A stretch of 64,000 nucleotides of DNA, from assembly GCA_965237565.1 (NCBI GenBank), contig OZ250145.1, positions 571,529-635,528 on the forward strand, given 5' to 3'. Below, in pieces: positions 26,474-36,316 of this stretch. The stretch comes from Bdellovibrionales bacterium. Its GTDB lineage: Bacteria; Bdellovibrionota; Bdellovibrionia; Bdellovibrionales; UBA1609. Every line of letters starts with the position of its first letter. The first letter of the stretch is position 1. A model generated the notes under the pieces. It did not search any database. It had not been told where the DNA came from and worked only from the letters and a program-made list of their open reading frames with translations. Made by a program: the position numbers and the translations under genes.

Positions 26474-26827
26474 TGGTGGAGGCGACGAGAGTCGAACTCG
26501 TGTCCGTATATCCTTCACATTCAGGCAAGCTACATGCTTAGTTGGTATTCATACACCAGCTTCTTCCTGACCAACAAAAAAAAGCCGGGTTTTTACCAGT
26601 AGATTTAAATTTTCCACCCTAGTAAAACAGTGAAAAATCGAGACGACTGAATCGACGCTTTCCACATTCCATCGTCAAAAATGCAGTCAACGGCTACCTA
26701 TTTAATTAGGCAACAAATGCAACTTGAGAGTTGCCAACTATTTAGTAAGCACATTTTTAAAGAGGTCCTCATGCGCCTCTGCATGCTCCTGAAGCTTCAT
26801 GACCTACGTCGAAGCCATAACGCCCCC
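26474..26827 (-). ncRNA. ssrA: tmRNA (ssrA)
   Basis: The reverse complement starts gggggcgttatggcttcgacgtagg and ends cgagttcgactctcgtcgcctccacca. Candidate tag ORF ggc aac tct caa gtt gca ttt gtt gcc taa. Confidence 0.9.
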
Positions 26828-26989
26828 ATAACGGGTTTCATTATAGCACAATATGTGCTTTATTTCATTACCCCAGCTTCATTTCTTTCAAAAAGCTTGA
26901 AATATCAGAGAATTATCCAAACCGATTAAACGTTGCCTTTTAAACAGCCGACGAGAAAAGGGAATTATGTCTCAAAATGGAAAAAAGTG

Positions 26990-27679
26990 ATGGAAACAAA
27001 AAAACTCAGTTTTATATTCGGGAAATTAGGTCTCGTACTTTGTTCTGGGCTCTTTCTTTTTTTGCTCGCCTGCAATAAAACCCCCAGCCGAATCTTGTCT
27101 CCACCTAGTTCCACATCCCCCACGCCGACTCCCGATGTGGAGACAAAATTCCTTCAGTGGTCTGGAGCCTTGGATGTGAAAAACGGTGAAATTTTTCGAA
27201 ACCTCTTGAGAGATTACGGATATTGTGACCAAGCACTCCTTTTTTCACTATTGAACGCAAAATGCAGTAATTGGAATAATAACGCTCTTCTAACTCTTCG
27301 GTTCGATAAAGAGGAGTTGCCTAGTAAAGTCACTTTTGCTTTTCAACCTTATGTGAGGTTGTGGACTGGTAGAGAGACCCATTCTACTCGGCTGATTCAG
27401 GCGAGCGGTGAGGCTATCTTTTTAAACGATTACAGAGGATTTTATGTCAAATTCGAACAAAGTGAATACGTTTCCCTTAATCCTGGTTGGCACGGCAGTC
27501 CCATCGCGTATCTCATTATATCAAGTCGATACGATAATCCTTTAGAGAATCGGGTCTTGAATATCAGTTTGTACTATGGGGGATCCACTGACGAAGCTTC
27601 TAGATTGGGAACGGCTAACTTAGAAAATCTACAGAAAAGTGACGATACCTATCCAGAAGATCATATTGATAGTCGTTAA
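26990..27679 (+). CDS. putative lipoprotein
   Basis: METKKLSFIFGKLGLVLCSGLFLFLLAC (lipobox LLAC), then a Pro/Ser/Thr linker. Start moved to ATG 26990. Confidence 0.6.
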   Translation: METKKLSFIFGKLGLVLCSGLFLFLLACNKTPSRILSPPSSTSPTPTPDVETKFLQWSGALDVKNGEIFRNLLRDYGYCDQALLFSLLNAKCSNWNNNALLTLRFDKEELPSKVTFAFQPYVRLWTGRETHSTRLIQASGEAIFLNDYRGFYVKFEQSEYVSLNPGWHGSPIAYLIISSRYDNPLENRVLNISLYYGGSTDEASRLGTANLENLQKSDDTYPEDHIDSR

Positions 27680-27761
27680 GTCGCCTTTTTGCCCCTTTTT
27701 TATCTAATCTTGAAACAATAGCTTGAGTATGGGAGATTAGTTTTTTTGAAGGGCATATTTC

Positions 27762-28262
27762 ATGTTTTTTCATTTAGCAATCGCTGTTTGTTTTGTTCTG
27801 TTGTTTGGTTCATGTGTTTCATTTCGCATCAACTCACTGAGGGATCGTAAAGCAGAGAAAGTGGAGTTTACACCCCCTCCTTTGCCTTATAAAAAAGCAC
27901 AACACACAAACTTGGATGCCCTGTGGGAGAATGCAAAAAATAAAAGCTCCCTTTCCTTTTTTTCGAATTGCTCTTCTTCTTTGCCCTTCACTTCTCTGAA
28001 GGACTTGCAAGAAAATATTTTAAGTGATTTACGAAGTTTTTACATTTTTAATCGAGAAAAAAAAACTCACCAAGGTCAGCCCGCCCGCTACCTAAAACTA
28101 ACCGAACTCAATCCAAAAAAGAGGAAAAAACAAATAGAACTTTTTTTGTTTAAGAAAGGCAGTTGTTTTTATGTGCTGAATTTTATATTCCCTAAGCAAG
28201 CAAAAGCAACTGTTGATAAAACCATATTCAATAATTTTATTAACGCATTTCGTGTTCCATGA
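27762..28262 (+). CDS. putative lipoprotein
   Basis: MFFHLAIAVCFVLLFGSC (lipobox). Overlaps mlaE by 4 nt, so probably co-transcribed. Confidence 0.55.
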   Translation: MFFHLAIAVCFVLLFGSCVSFRINSLRDRKAEKVEFTPPPLPYKKAQHTNLDALWENAKNKSSLSFFSNCSSSLPFTSLKDLQENILSDLRSFYIFNREKKTHQGQPARYLKLTELNPKKRKKQIELFLFKKGSCFYVLNFIFPKQAKATVDKTIFNNFINAFRVP

Positions 28263-29017
28263 CTAACTGGTTTTCAGAAGTAATTAAATTTTTTGGTGGA
28301 ATTGCTTTTCTCTTAAGAGATATTTTCTCAGAGTTAAGGACACGACCTTTTTATTTCAAGATTCTCCTAGAACAAATTTATGAGATTGGCTGGAAGTCTT
28401 TGCCCCTCGTGTTCATTACTGCTGCTTGTGCAGGAATGGTGTTGACTTTGCAGTTTGGTCTTACTTTGGAAAAATTTGGAGCCAAAATATACAGTCCGAA
28501 AATTTTGTCATTGAGTATATTTAGAGAGTTTGGTCCCGTTTTTACGAGTCTCATTTTGGCTGGTCGAGTAGGCTCCGGAATCACAGCTCGAATTGGTGCC
28601 ATGAAGGTCACTCAGCAGGTGGATGCTTTGTTGGCCTTGGGGACCTCTCCAGTGAAAAGAATCGTAATCCCTTGTTTTTTAGGAGGATTGATTGCCATTC
28701 CTCCACTTTGTTTATTTGCTTGTTTTATAGCCATTTTATTTGGAGCCTTGGTGGGACATGTGGAGCTCAATTTAGATATGTTTTATTTTTTCCAAAAAGC
28801 ATTTTCTACAACAAAATTGCATGATTTTTTTTCTGGATATATAAAAACATATTTTTTTGCTAGTTTTATTATCTTAACCTCTTGTTACTTTGGTTTTCGT
28901 GCGAGTAAAGGAACCTATGAAGTGGGAAGTGCTACCACGCAATCCGTTGTTTTTTCTTCTGTGCTAATTGTTTTGGGAGATTATCTTTTAACAAAACTTT
29001 ACTGGGTGATATTTTAA
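28259..29017 (+). CDS. mlaE: MlaE-type ABC transporter permease
   Basis: Multi-TM protein with REFGPVFTSLILAGRVGSGITARIGAMKVTQQVDAL, the MlaE/Ttg2B signature. Confidence 0.85.
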   Translation: MTNWFSEVIKFFGGIAFLLRDIFSELRTRPFYFKILLEQIYEIGWKSLPLVFITAACAGMVLTLQFGLTLEKFGAKIYSPKILSLSIFREFGPVFTSLILAGRVGSGITARIGAMKVTQQVDALLALGTSPVKRIVIPCFLGGLIAIPPLCLFACFIAILFGALVGHVELNLDMFYFFQKAFSTTKLHDFFSGYIKTYFFASFIILTSCYFGFRASKGTYEVGSATTQSVVFSSVLIVLGDYLLTKLYWVIF

Positions 29018-29041
29018 ATGATGGAGCGGTTGTTTTAAGTC

Positions 29042-29794
29042 ATGGAACATTTGGTTGAAGTGAAAAATTTGTATATCTCCTTTGGAAATAAAAAGGTGCT
29101 AAAGGGAGTGAGCTTTGCCTTGGAAAAAGGAGAATGCTTGGGACTCATTGGAGGGTCTGGAGAGGGGAAATCTACTATTTTGCGATCCATTATTGGTTTG
29201 GAGCGTCCAACCAGCGGGAAAATATTTGTGGAAAAAGAGAGCATTACAGACCTAGAGCCAGATGAATTTATTTCAATACGAAAAAAAGTGGCTTATGCTT
29301 TTCAAGGAGGAGCTTTGTTTGACTCGATGACAGTGTATAATAATTTGGCTTTTCCCTTGAGGGAACATATGTGTTGGTCTGAGGCCAAAATTAGACAAGT
29401 TGTTTTGAGCGAGTTAGAGGAATTTGAACTTTCTGATTCTGAGGATATGTATCCCTCTGAGTTATCTGGAGGAATGCAAAAACGCTTGGGGATTGCTAGG
29501 GCAATTATTACCAAACCACAAGTCATTCTCTACGATGAACCCACTTCTGGCTTGGACCCATACAAAAAACGTAATATGCAAAATACAATTATTCGACTAC
29601 AAAAAAGAGGAACTAGCTCCATAATGGTCACACATGATATGCAGACGGCCTTAAAAATTTGTGATCGTATTGCCCTGCTTGGTGGAGGAAAAATTAGAGT
29701 CATCGGTACACCAGATAATTTTAGAAAAAGCTATAACAAGCTTCTAGATAATTTTATTCAAGGAATCAAAGGAGAAGAATATGAGTCAACGTAA
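29042..29794 (+). CDS. mlaF: MlaF-type ABC transporter ATP-binding protein
   Basis: Walker A GGSGEGKST, signature LSGGMQKRLGIARA, Walker B ILYDEPTSGLDP. Confidence 0.9.
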   Translation: MEHLVEVKNLYISFGNKKVLKGVSFALEKGECLGLIGGSGEGKSTILRSIIGLERPTSGKIFVEKESITDLEPDEFISIRKKVAYAFQGGALFDSMTVYNNLAFPLREHMCWSEAKIRQVVLSELEEFELSDSEDMYPSELSGGMQKRLGIARAIITKPQVILYDEPTSGLDPYKKRNMQNTIIRLQKRGTSSIMVTHDMQTALKICDRIALLGGGKIRVIGTPDNFRKSYNKLLDNFIQGIKGEEYEST

Positions 29795-30539
29795 AATGAA
29801 TATCCAATTTCGAGTAGGAATTTTTGTTTTTATTGGGGTGGTTTTTTTGTTTGCATACATATTGCTCATTGGAGAAAATCGCACGCTTTTTACTTTTACT
29901 TCTCAGTACAAAGTAAAATTTCAAGAAACTCATGGTTTGTTTGTTGGTAGCGTGGTGACAATCAATGGGGTGCCTGCTGGCAACGTTATCTCTATCAATT
30001 TCATAGAGGATACGGGAAGAGTAGAAGCGACCATTTCCGTTATGAACAAATTTGCTTCTGTCATTACGGATAAATCAACGGCAATGGTGGTTACAAAAGG
30101 TCTTTTGGGAGATAAATATATTTCTATTGTCACGAAAGGAATAAATGGAAAAAGATTAAAAGAGGGAGATTATATTCATGTTCAAATCCTCTCTGGAGCC
30201 TTGGGATTTTTGAGCAGTAAGGCAAGCGGAGAGAAGTTGCAAAATATTTTGAATGAAGTGTTTTTGCTTTTGCAGGCGATAAACTCTCAAAAGATGGTGG
30301 AAAAGGCAAATCGTGCCATTGACAATATGTCTTCTGTTATGTCCAAGAACAATGCCAAACAATTATCCTTGGCTTTGAAAAGATTAAACAGCATTTTGAA
30401 AAAAATTGACGAGGGAAAGGGAAGTGCAGGGGCGTTTATTAATAACAGGAGTTTTTACAATCGTGTTTTGGCCTTATTGGGTCAAAGTCCCTTGCACAAA
30501 TATTTGCCAGAGCTCATGGAAGAAGATGGGAAAAAATAA
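29781..30539 (+). CDS. mlaD: MlaD-type MCE-domain protein
   Basis: N-terminal TM helix, then an MCE-like core (GLFVGSVVTINGVPAGNVISI). Sits in mlaE-mlaF context. Confidence 0.78.
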   Translation: MSQRKMNIQFRVGIFVFIGVVFLFAYILLIGENRTLFTFTSQYKVKFQETHGLFVGSVVTINGVPAGNVISINFIEDTGRVEATISVMNKFASVITDKSTAMVVTKGLLGDKYISIVTKGINGKRLKEGDYIHVQILSGALGFLSSKASGEKLQNILNEVFLLLQAINSQKMVEKANRAIDNMSSVMSKNNAKQLSLALKRLNSILKKIDEGKGSAGAFINNRSFYNRVLALLGQSPLHKYLPELMEEDGKK

Positions 30540-30543
30540 TTTT

Positions 30544-30942
30544 CTACCATCCCAACAGTTCGATCGTTTTTTGTCTTTTTTCGAGAATGCTCTTATTGAA
30601 AGTAAAATGGATTTCTTCCACATATTTTTTTTCAAAATGCTGATTGATTTTATTTTTTAATTCATCAATATGAAAGTGTGTCTCTTGTAGTTGCACAGAA
30701 TTAGCTACCCACAAAACCAAATGACCATTTTGGTAGCTAACGGGTTTTGCTTCTTTTAAGATCGTTCCTTCAGTCAACTGAGGCCAAATTTTCCAAAGCT
30801 TTATGCCAAAGCATTGATCGGACTGAAGAAATTGCTGATCATTAAAAAAATTCTTAATAATATCAGAAAGTAAAATTGGTTGGGGGTTACTTTTGTTCAC
30901 TGTTCCGAGGAATCTATACCAAACTAAGTTTGGTATCAACAC
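30544..30942 (-). CDS. DUF721/DciA-like protein
   Basis: The pattern LSDII...LWKIWPQL.G..I...A.PVSYQNGHLVLWVANSVQLQE is typical of DUF721. Confidence 0.55.
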   Translation of the reverse strand: MLIPNLVWYRFLGTVNKSNPQPILLSDIIKNFFNDQQFLQSDQCFGIKLWKIWPQLTEGTILKEAKPVSYQNGHLVLWVANSVQLQETHFHIDELKNKINQHFEKKYVEEIHFTFNKSILEKRQKTIELLGW

Positions 30943-30960
30943 AAAAAAGGAAATTTGTTG

Positions 30961-31350
30961 TTAGGAAACTTTTTTTTCTTTCAAGTCGTCTTGTTCAGTG
31001 AGGACTTGTAAGTTTAGTTGAGTGACGGATGTGAGATCAGGGGTGAAATCTATCAACTCCGTTGAAGAACGATTTTTGTTCCATTCTATGATTTGTTCTT
31101 TTACAGTTCTTAAAATCGTTTTTACTCCAGATGAGATGTCTTCATCTTTTGATTGAGAAGAGAAGGTTCGAATTTCAGAGTGCACGGTAAGCTTGCATAG
31201 GTACCCATGAGATTCCTTAAAGATATGTAATCGGCACGTAGCATTCGAAGGGGAGTACCGTAACAAAGATTCCAAGTAGTCTTTCAACTTTTGAGGGGTA
31301 GACTTTTCTTCCATTCCGTGGAATTGAATTAGTATATTATGATGCTTCAT
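30961..31350 (-). CDS. ribosome hibernation factor (HPF/RaiA)-like protein (tentative)
   Basis: 129 aa. ILIQFHG..E.STPQKLKDYLE..L ... CKLTVH ... D.SSGVKTILRTVKEQIIEWNKNR follows the S30EA fold pattern. Confidence 0.4.
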   Translation of the reverse strand: MKHHNILIQFHGMEEKSTPQKLKDYLESLLRYSPSNATCRLHIFKESHGYLCKLTVHSEIRTFSSQSKDEDISSGVKTILRTVKEQIIEWNKNRSSTELIDFTPDLTSVTQLNLQVLTEQDDLKEKKVS

Positions 31351-31444
31351 GTGATTTTTTCTCCTCCATTAGAGAACAATATTTTGTATCGGCGAATGCG
31401 AAAACTTTATTAAAAATAATTTTTTTTATTAAAAATTTGTTTCA

Positions 31445-33466
31445 CTAAGAGACATTCTTTTTATGTGTTTTGAGCTGAAAATTGACTTGTCCCGTATCAA
31501 TTTCAGCACTAATAATTTGTACAACAACGGGATCGCCAATTCTCAGTCGTTGTCCGGAATGTTTTGATTTTAATTGCAAAAGTGCTGGCTCAAAGATCCA
31601 AGACTTTGGTAAACTCTCAATACGAACCAGTCCTTCAATATCAAAGAGTCTCAGTTTGATAAAAAATCCAAATGAAGTCACAGAGCTGATCATTCCTTCC
31701 ATTTCTTCACCTATATATTTTTTTATAAATCGCGCTTTTTTTATATCTGCAATTTGTCTCTCAGCTTTCACAGACTTCTGTTCGCAGGCGCTGGTCATTT
31801 GGGCAAGAGTCGCCAATTCAGAAATTTTGTAAGGAGGGGCTTGATTTTGTAAAAGAGCTTTCAAAATTCGGTGTACCACTAAATCACTGTAACGCCGAAT
31901 GGGCGAAGTAAAATGAGTGTAATATGTAAAATTTAAACCGAAATGTTTTTGACTTTTATTGCTATAAATGGCTTGAGACAAAGATCTGAGAATCAAAATA
32001 TGTAAAATAGCTATCAGTCGATGCTTGGAAAATCGTTGAACCATTGAGGATATTTTCTTTTGTAAATTGGGTTCTACGAGATTGACTTTCATTCCCAAAG
32101 TGTGCACGAAAGATTGCAAGAGTTGCAAATTTTCCTTCTTTGGTTTGTCATGTACTCTGTAAATGCCTAAGGATTTTTTTTTCTGAAAAAATTCAGCGAC
32201 TGCTTGATTAGCAACCAACATCAATTCTTCAATTACTTGATGAGAAAAAAGTCTTTTTTCTTGGATGATGTCTACAGGGTGTCCCATCCGATTGAGCTTC
32301 ACCTCTGTTTCAGGAATTTCCAGATTAATAAATGTTTTTCTTTTTCGTGCCTCCAAAAGTTTTTTCGCTAAGGTGCTGGCTTCCAGTACGTTTTTGAAAA
32401 CGAGGTTGCTTGTTTGTTGCAGATTGGAATCATCGATCATCTCCTGAGCCTGGCCATAATTTAGGCGAGACTGGCTTTTGATTATTCCTTCATAAAAAAT
32501 AGCTTTTTCCATTTTTGCTTTTTCATCAAAATCCATTTGTGCAACGAAAACCAAACGATCTTCCATTGGTTTCAGAGAGCATAAGTCATCACTGAGAATT
32601 GGGGGCAACATGGGAACGACAAAATCTGGAAAGTATGTGCTGTTTCCTCTTGAGCAGGCTTCTTTATCTAGCACAGAGCCTATGGGCACATAGGAGCTCA
32701 CATCAGCAATCGCTACGTAAACTCGCCAAGCACTCTTTTTCAGCGAAGTTACATAGATTGCATCATCAAAGTCTTTAGCTGTTTCTCCGTCAATCGTCAC
32801 AAATGGCAGGGATCTTAGGTCTCTTCTTTTTTTTGTCACTTGGGGGCGAATATTTTTTGCAGATTTTTCTGCTTCCCTCACACTTTGTGGATTAAATGAA
32901 ACAAGAATATTATTTTTTCGAATGATACGGATATTGTCTTCCAAAGCTTCAGGAAAATTGCCCAAAGAAGCAATCACCTTCCCGCAAAATCCTCTCTCAT
33001 CGCTAGGCCAAGAGGTCACTTGGATCTCTACCCATTCTCCTTTTTTGATTTTTTGCTCCCGACTCAATTGGATTTTTACATCTTCTCCCCATTGGTTATC
33101 GTCTTTTATGAGTCCTTTGGAATTGGATATGGGGAAATATGGACCGGTAATTTTTTTATGAGACCTTTCTATGAGTTGCAAAACTTTACCGGAAAAAAGG
33201 TCCTTTCGATTGCGTCTTGGAATGGCAACTATTTTGATTTTGTCTCCATTCATCAAACCAGTCATTTGTTGTCTAGGCATATACACATCGGGATGTTCAA
33301 GTTCGGTGGAAATAAAAAAACCAAAGCCATCGGAGTGTCTTTTTACAATTCCGTTCAAGCTTTTTAATCGAGCCAAGCTGGCTGGATTTCGCCCTCTGTT
33401 TCTTTCGTTTCTTCTCTTTACTAAGGGCTTAGAAAATCGAAAAGAGATGGATTTTTTTTTAATCAA
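31445..33466 (-). CDS. rnr: ribonuclease R
   Basis: Cold-shock-like N-terminus (HSDGFGFF), RNB domain (TIDGETAKDFDDAIY ... FTSPIRRYSDLVVHR), C-terminal S1 domain (GMISSVTSFGFFIKL). Confidence 0.9.
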   Translation of the reverse strand: MIKKKSISFRFSKPLVKRRNERNRGRNPASLARLKSLNGIVKRHSDGFGFFISTELEHPDVYMPRQQMTGLMNGDKIKIVAIPRRNRKDLFSGKVLQLIERSHKKITGPYFPISNSKGLIKDDNQWGEDVKIQLSREQKIKKGEWVEIQVTSWPSDERGFCGKVIASLGNFPEALEDNIRIIRKNNILVSFNPQSVREAEKSAKNIRPQVTKKRRDLRSLPFVTIDGETAKDFDDAIYVTSLKKSAWRVYVAIADVSSYVPIGSVLDKEACSRGNSTYFPDFVVPMLPPILSDDLCSLKPMEDRLVFVAQMDFDEKAKMEKAIFYEGIIKSQSRLNYGQAQEMIDDSNLQQTSNLVFKNVLEASTLAKKLLEARKRKTFINLEIPETEVKLNRMGHPVDIIQEKRLFSHQVIEELMLVANQAVAEFFQKKKSLGIYRVHDKPKKENLQLLQSFVHTLGMKVNLVEPNLQKKISSMVQRFSKHRLIAILHILILRSLSQAIYSNKSQKHFGLNFTYYTHFTSPIRRYSDLVVHRILKALLQNQAPPYKISELATLAQMTSACEQKSVKAERQIADIKKARFIKKYIGEEMEGMISSVTSFGFFIKLRLFDIEGLVRIESLPKSWIFEPALLQLKSKHSGQRLRIGDPVVVQIISAEIDTGQVNFQLKTHKKNVS

Positions 33467-33579
33467 AATAAAACCTTAGAGATGATGTTTGGTTGCTTAA
33501 TTTTTGTATTTCGGCTAAACTATCAAGACTTGTTTAAATTTCCAATGGATTATTCACATTATTATGTGAAAAAGGTACA

Positions 33580-34131
33580 ATGAACGTTATGAAAAATCAA
33601 ACTCTAGAAGAAAATTCCAAGCAGAAAAAGTTAGTAGAAAACACTCGCTCTTTTGCTTTTACTACGCAACTGCGGAAAATAGCAGCTTGGGGCCAGAGAA
33701 ACTCTCTTTGGCCTATGCCCTATGGAACTGCTTGCTGTGGGATTGAGATGATGTCTGTGATGGGGCCTCGCTATGATTTGGCTCGTTTCGGGGCAGAGGT
33801 TGTGCGTTTTTCTCCGAGGCAATCTGATTTGTTGATCGTGGCTGGGACGATCACAGAGAAAATGACTCCGATCATTCTCATGGTCTATGAGCAAATGTTG
33901 GAACCCAAGTTTGTGATTGCTATGGGAGCTTGTGCAAGCTCTGGAGGCTTCTACCGTGCCTATCATGTTTTGCAAGGCGTGGACAAAATTATTCCTGTAG
34001 ATGCCTACATTCCCGGTTGTCCTCCCACTCCAGAGGCAGTCTTGGATGGTGTGATGGTAGTGCAAAAAATGATTACTGATCAGATAGAAAGGCCTTGGAA
34101 AACAAATTGGAAACCAGGGACATGGCGATAA
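33580..34131 (+). CDS. nuoB: NADH-quinone oxidoreductase subunit B
   Basis: [25 protein letters not shown] and PGCPP cluster N2 ligand motifs. Confidence 0.93.
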   Translation: MNVMKNQTLEENSKQKKLVENTRSFAFTTQLRKIAAWGQRNSLWPMPYGTACCGIEMMSVMGPRYDLARFGAEVVRFSPRQSDLLIVAGTITEKMTPIILMVYEQMLEPKFVIAMGACASSGGFYRAYHVLQGVDKIIPVDAYIPGCPPTPEAVLDGVMVVQKMITDQIERPWKTNWKPGTWR

Positions 34132-35819
34132 AACAATCGATCGAAGAGATTAAGAAAAATCTTGAGCGAGAATTCCCGAAAGAATCTCTTCACTTTCGTC
34201 ATGAATTTTGGGACTGGATTCTTATCGTTTCTCCATCCTTTATTCCTTCTCTCCTCACTCATCTGAAGTTGAAATGCTCTTTTGATTTTTTGATGAGTGT
34301 GGCGGGTGTGGATTATCCAGATAGAAAAAAGAGATTTGAAATTTGTTACGAGCTTTTTTCCTCAAAGTCTGCACTCAGATTGAGAATTAAAACCTCTGTG
34401 GCAGAGGGAGGAAAAGTACCAAGCGTTCGTTCGATTTGGAAGACAGCAGATTGGTTTGAAAGAGAAACTTACGATATGTTTGGAGTGATTTTTGAAAACC
34501 ATCCCAACCTAAAACGACTTCTCACTCATCATCAGTTTCAAGGCCATCCTTTGAGGAAGGACTATCCAGCGGATTATCAACAACACTGTACAGAAGCTTT
34601 GCCCATTCATTTTGATAAAGATCCGTCATGGGATGAAAAAGAAGGGGAAAAAGAAAAAGATTTGATTCCTTTAAACATAGGGCCTTCCCATCCTGCCACC
34701 CATGGCACTTTGCGAATTATGGCTCAGATGGAAGGAGAAAAAGTTTATCGAGCGGGCGTGGAGTTGGGATACTTGCATCGCTGTTTTGAAAAAATGGCTG
34801 AAACACATCCTTATAACCAAGTAATTCCCTATACTGACCGACTCAATTATTGTTCCGCACCCATGAACAATGTGGGCTATTGTAGAACGGTAGAAAAACT
34901 TTTGGGTGTTGAAATCCCTCCCAAAGCACAAGCCATTCGGGTGATTCTTTGCGAACTTTCTCGTATCATTGATCACATTGTTTGCATCGGAGCGAATGCA
35001 GTTGATTTGGGAGCTTTAACTGGTTTTTTCCATCTCTTTACCTACCGAGAAAAAGTTTATACTTTGTTTGAAAAATTGTGTGGAGCTCGTCTAACCGTTT
35101 CTCTTACTAGAGTGGGGGGCATGGCTCAAGAGCCTCCTACCAACTGGTTCAAAGAAGTGCTCAGTTTTTGCGAAGAAATGCAAAAAGGAATTGATGAACT
35201 GGAAATACTGCTCTCACACAATCGCATCTGGATGGATCGCACGCAAGGCATTGGGGCTTTGTCTATTGAGGAAGCAATTGAGTGGGGCTATACAGGACCC
35301 TGTTTGAGAGCCACGGGTTGCAGTTTGGACCTAAGAAAGATAACTCCCTACTATGGTTATGATGAATTGGATTTTCAGGTCCCAGTGGGAACCACAGGGG
35401 ATGTCTATGATCGTTACTTGGTTCGAGTGGCTGAGATGAGAGAATCCATTCGAATCCTCTCTCAGGTGGCAAACTGTGTCCCTCCTGGAGATTACACCAT
35501 TCGAGATCGGGCAATTGTACTTCCTGAGAAAAAAGATGTTTATGGAAATATTGAAGGTTTGATGCAACATTTTATGTTGGTTATCAACGGATTGAGACCT
35601 CCTGTGGGGGAAACGTATTCCGCAACGGAGGCAGCGAATGGAGAATTGGGTTTTTACTTGGTAAGCGATGGAAGCGGTCACCCTTATCGTTTGAAGGTGA
35701 GACCTCCTTGTTTTGCGATTTATCAATCTTTTCCAGAACAAATCCGAGGAACTTTGCTTGCCGATGTGATATCTATATTAGGAAGCATGAATGTGATTGC
35801 TGGAGAATTGGATCGCTGA
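34122..35819 (+). CDS. nuoC: NADH-quinone oxidoreductase fused subunit C/D
   Basis: NuoC part ([20 protein letters not shown]) joined to NuoD part ([15 protein letters not shown] ... VIAGELDR). Start taken at ATG 34122, overlapping the nuoB stop. Confidence 0.92.
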   Translation: MAIKQSIEEIKKNLEREFPKESLHFRHEFWDWILIVSPSFIPSLLTHLKLKCSFDFLMSVAGVDYPDRKKRFEICYELFSSKSALRLRIKTSVAEGGKVPSVRSIWKTADWFERETYDMFGVIFENHPNLKRLLTHHQFQGHPLRKDYPADYQQHCTEALPIHFDKDPSWDEKEGEKEKDLIPLNIGPSHPATHGTLRIMAQMEGEKVYRAGVELGYLHRCFEKMAETHPYNQVIPYTDRLNYCSAPMNNVGYCRTVEKLLGVEIPPKAQAIRVILCELSRIIDHIVCIGANAVDLGALTGFFHLFTYREKVYTLFEKLCGARLTVSLTRVGGMAQEPPTNWFKEVLSFCEEMQKGIDELEILLSHNRIWMDRTQGIGALSIEEAIEWGYTGPCLRATGCSLDLRKITPYYGYDELDFQVPVGTTGDVYDRYLVRVAEMRESIRILSQVANCVPPGDYTIRDRAIVLPEKKDVYGNIEGLMQHFMLVINGLRPPVGETYSATEAANGELGFYLVSDGSGHPYRLKVRPPCFAIYQSFPEQIRGTLLADVISILGSMNVIAGELDR

Positions 35820-35820
35820 G

Positions 35821-36315
35821 ATGAAGAATGAAAAAAAGAATTTTGAATTGTCTAAAGAAGGATTGCAGTTTGTGAAAAAGCAATTAAATAGGTATGAGAC
35901 AAAGCTCTCGGCTATTTTGCCTTGCTTGTATCGTGTGCAAGAAGAAAAAGGTGGCTGGGTTCCTTCTTCTGCAGTTTCTTATTTGAGCCAAGTGATGAAC
36001 ATTCCGGAAGCTAGCATCAGCGAAGTGTTGAGTTTTTATACTATGTACAACAAGAAGCCTGTCGGACGTTTGCATGTGCAGGTATGTTGTAATCTTTCTT
36101 GTGCCATGAACGGGGCAAGGGAGTTGGTTAAATATTTGTGTGAGAAATTCAATACAAATGTAGATCAAATGAGTGCAGATGGATTGGTTACCATTTCTCA
36201 AGTGGAGTGCTTGGGGGCTTGTGATCAGGCTCCAGTGGCTCAAATAAACGATCGTTATGTAGGTCCTTTGAATCAAAAAACAGCAATCGAACAAATAAAG
36301 AAGTGTTTGAAGTGA
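35821..36315 (+). CDS. nuoE: NADH-quinone oxidoreductase subunit E
   Basis: 2Fe-2S motif VCCNLSCAMNG ... ECLGACDQAP. Confidence 0.9.
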   Translation: MKNEKKNFELSKEGLQFVKKQLNRYETKLSAILPCLYRVQEEKGGWVPSSAVSYLSQVMNIPEASISEVLSFYTMYNKKPVGRLHVQVCCNLSCAMNGARELVKYLCEKFNTNVDQMSADGLVTISQVECLGACDQAPVAQINDRYVGPLNQKTAIEQIKKCLK

Positions 36316-36316
36316 A

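Noticed and set aside
26681-26929. 82-aa tracked ORF on the plus strand
   Set aside because: It lies antisense to, and within, the tmRNA gene.
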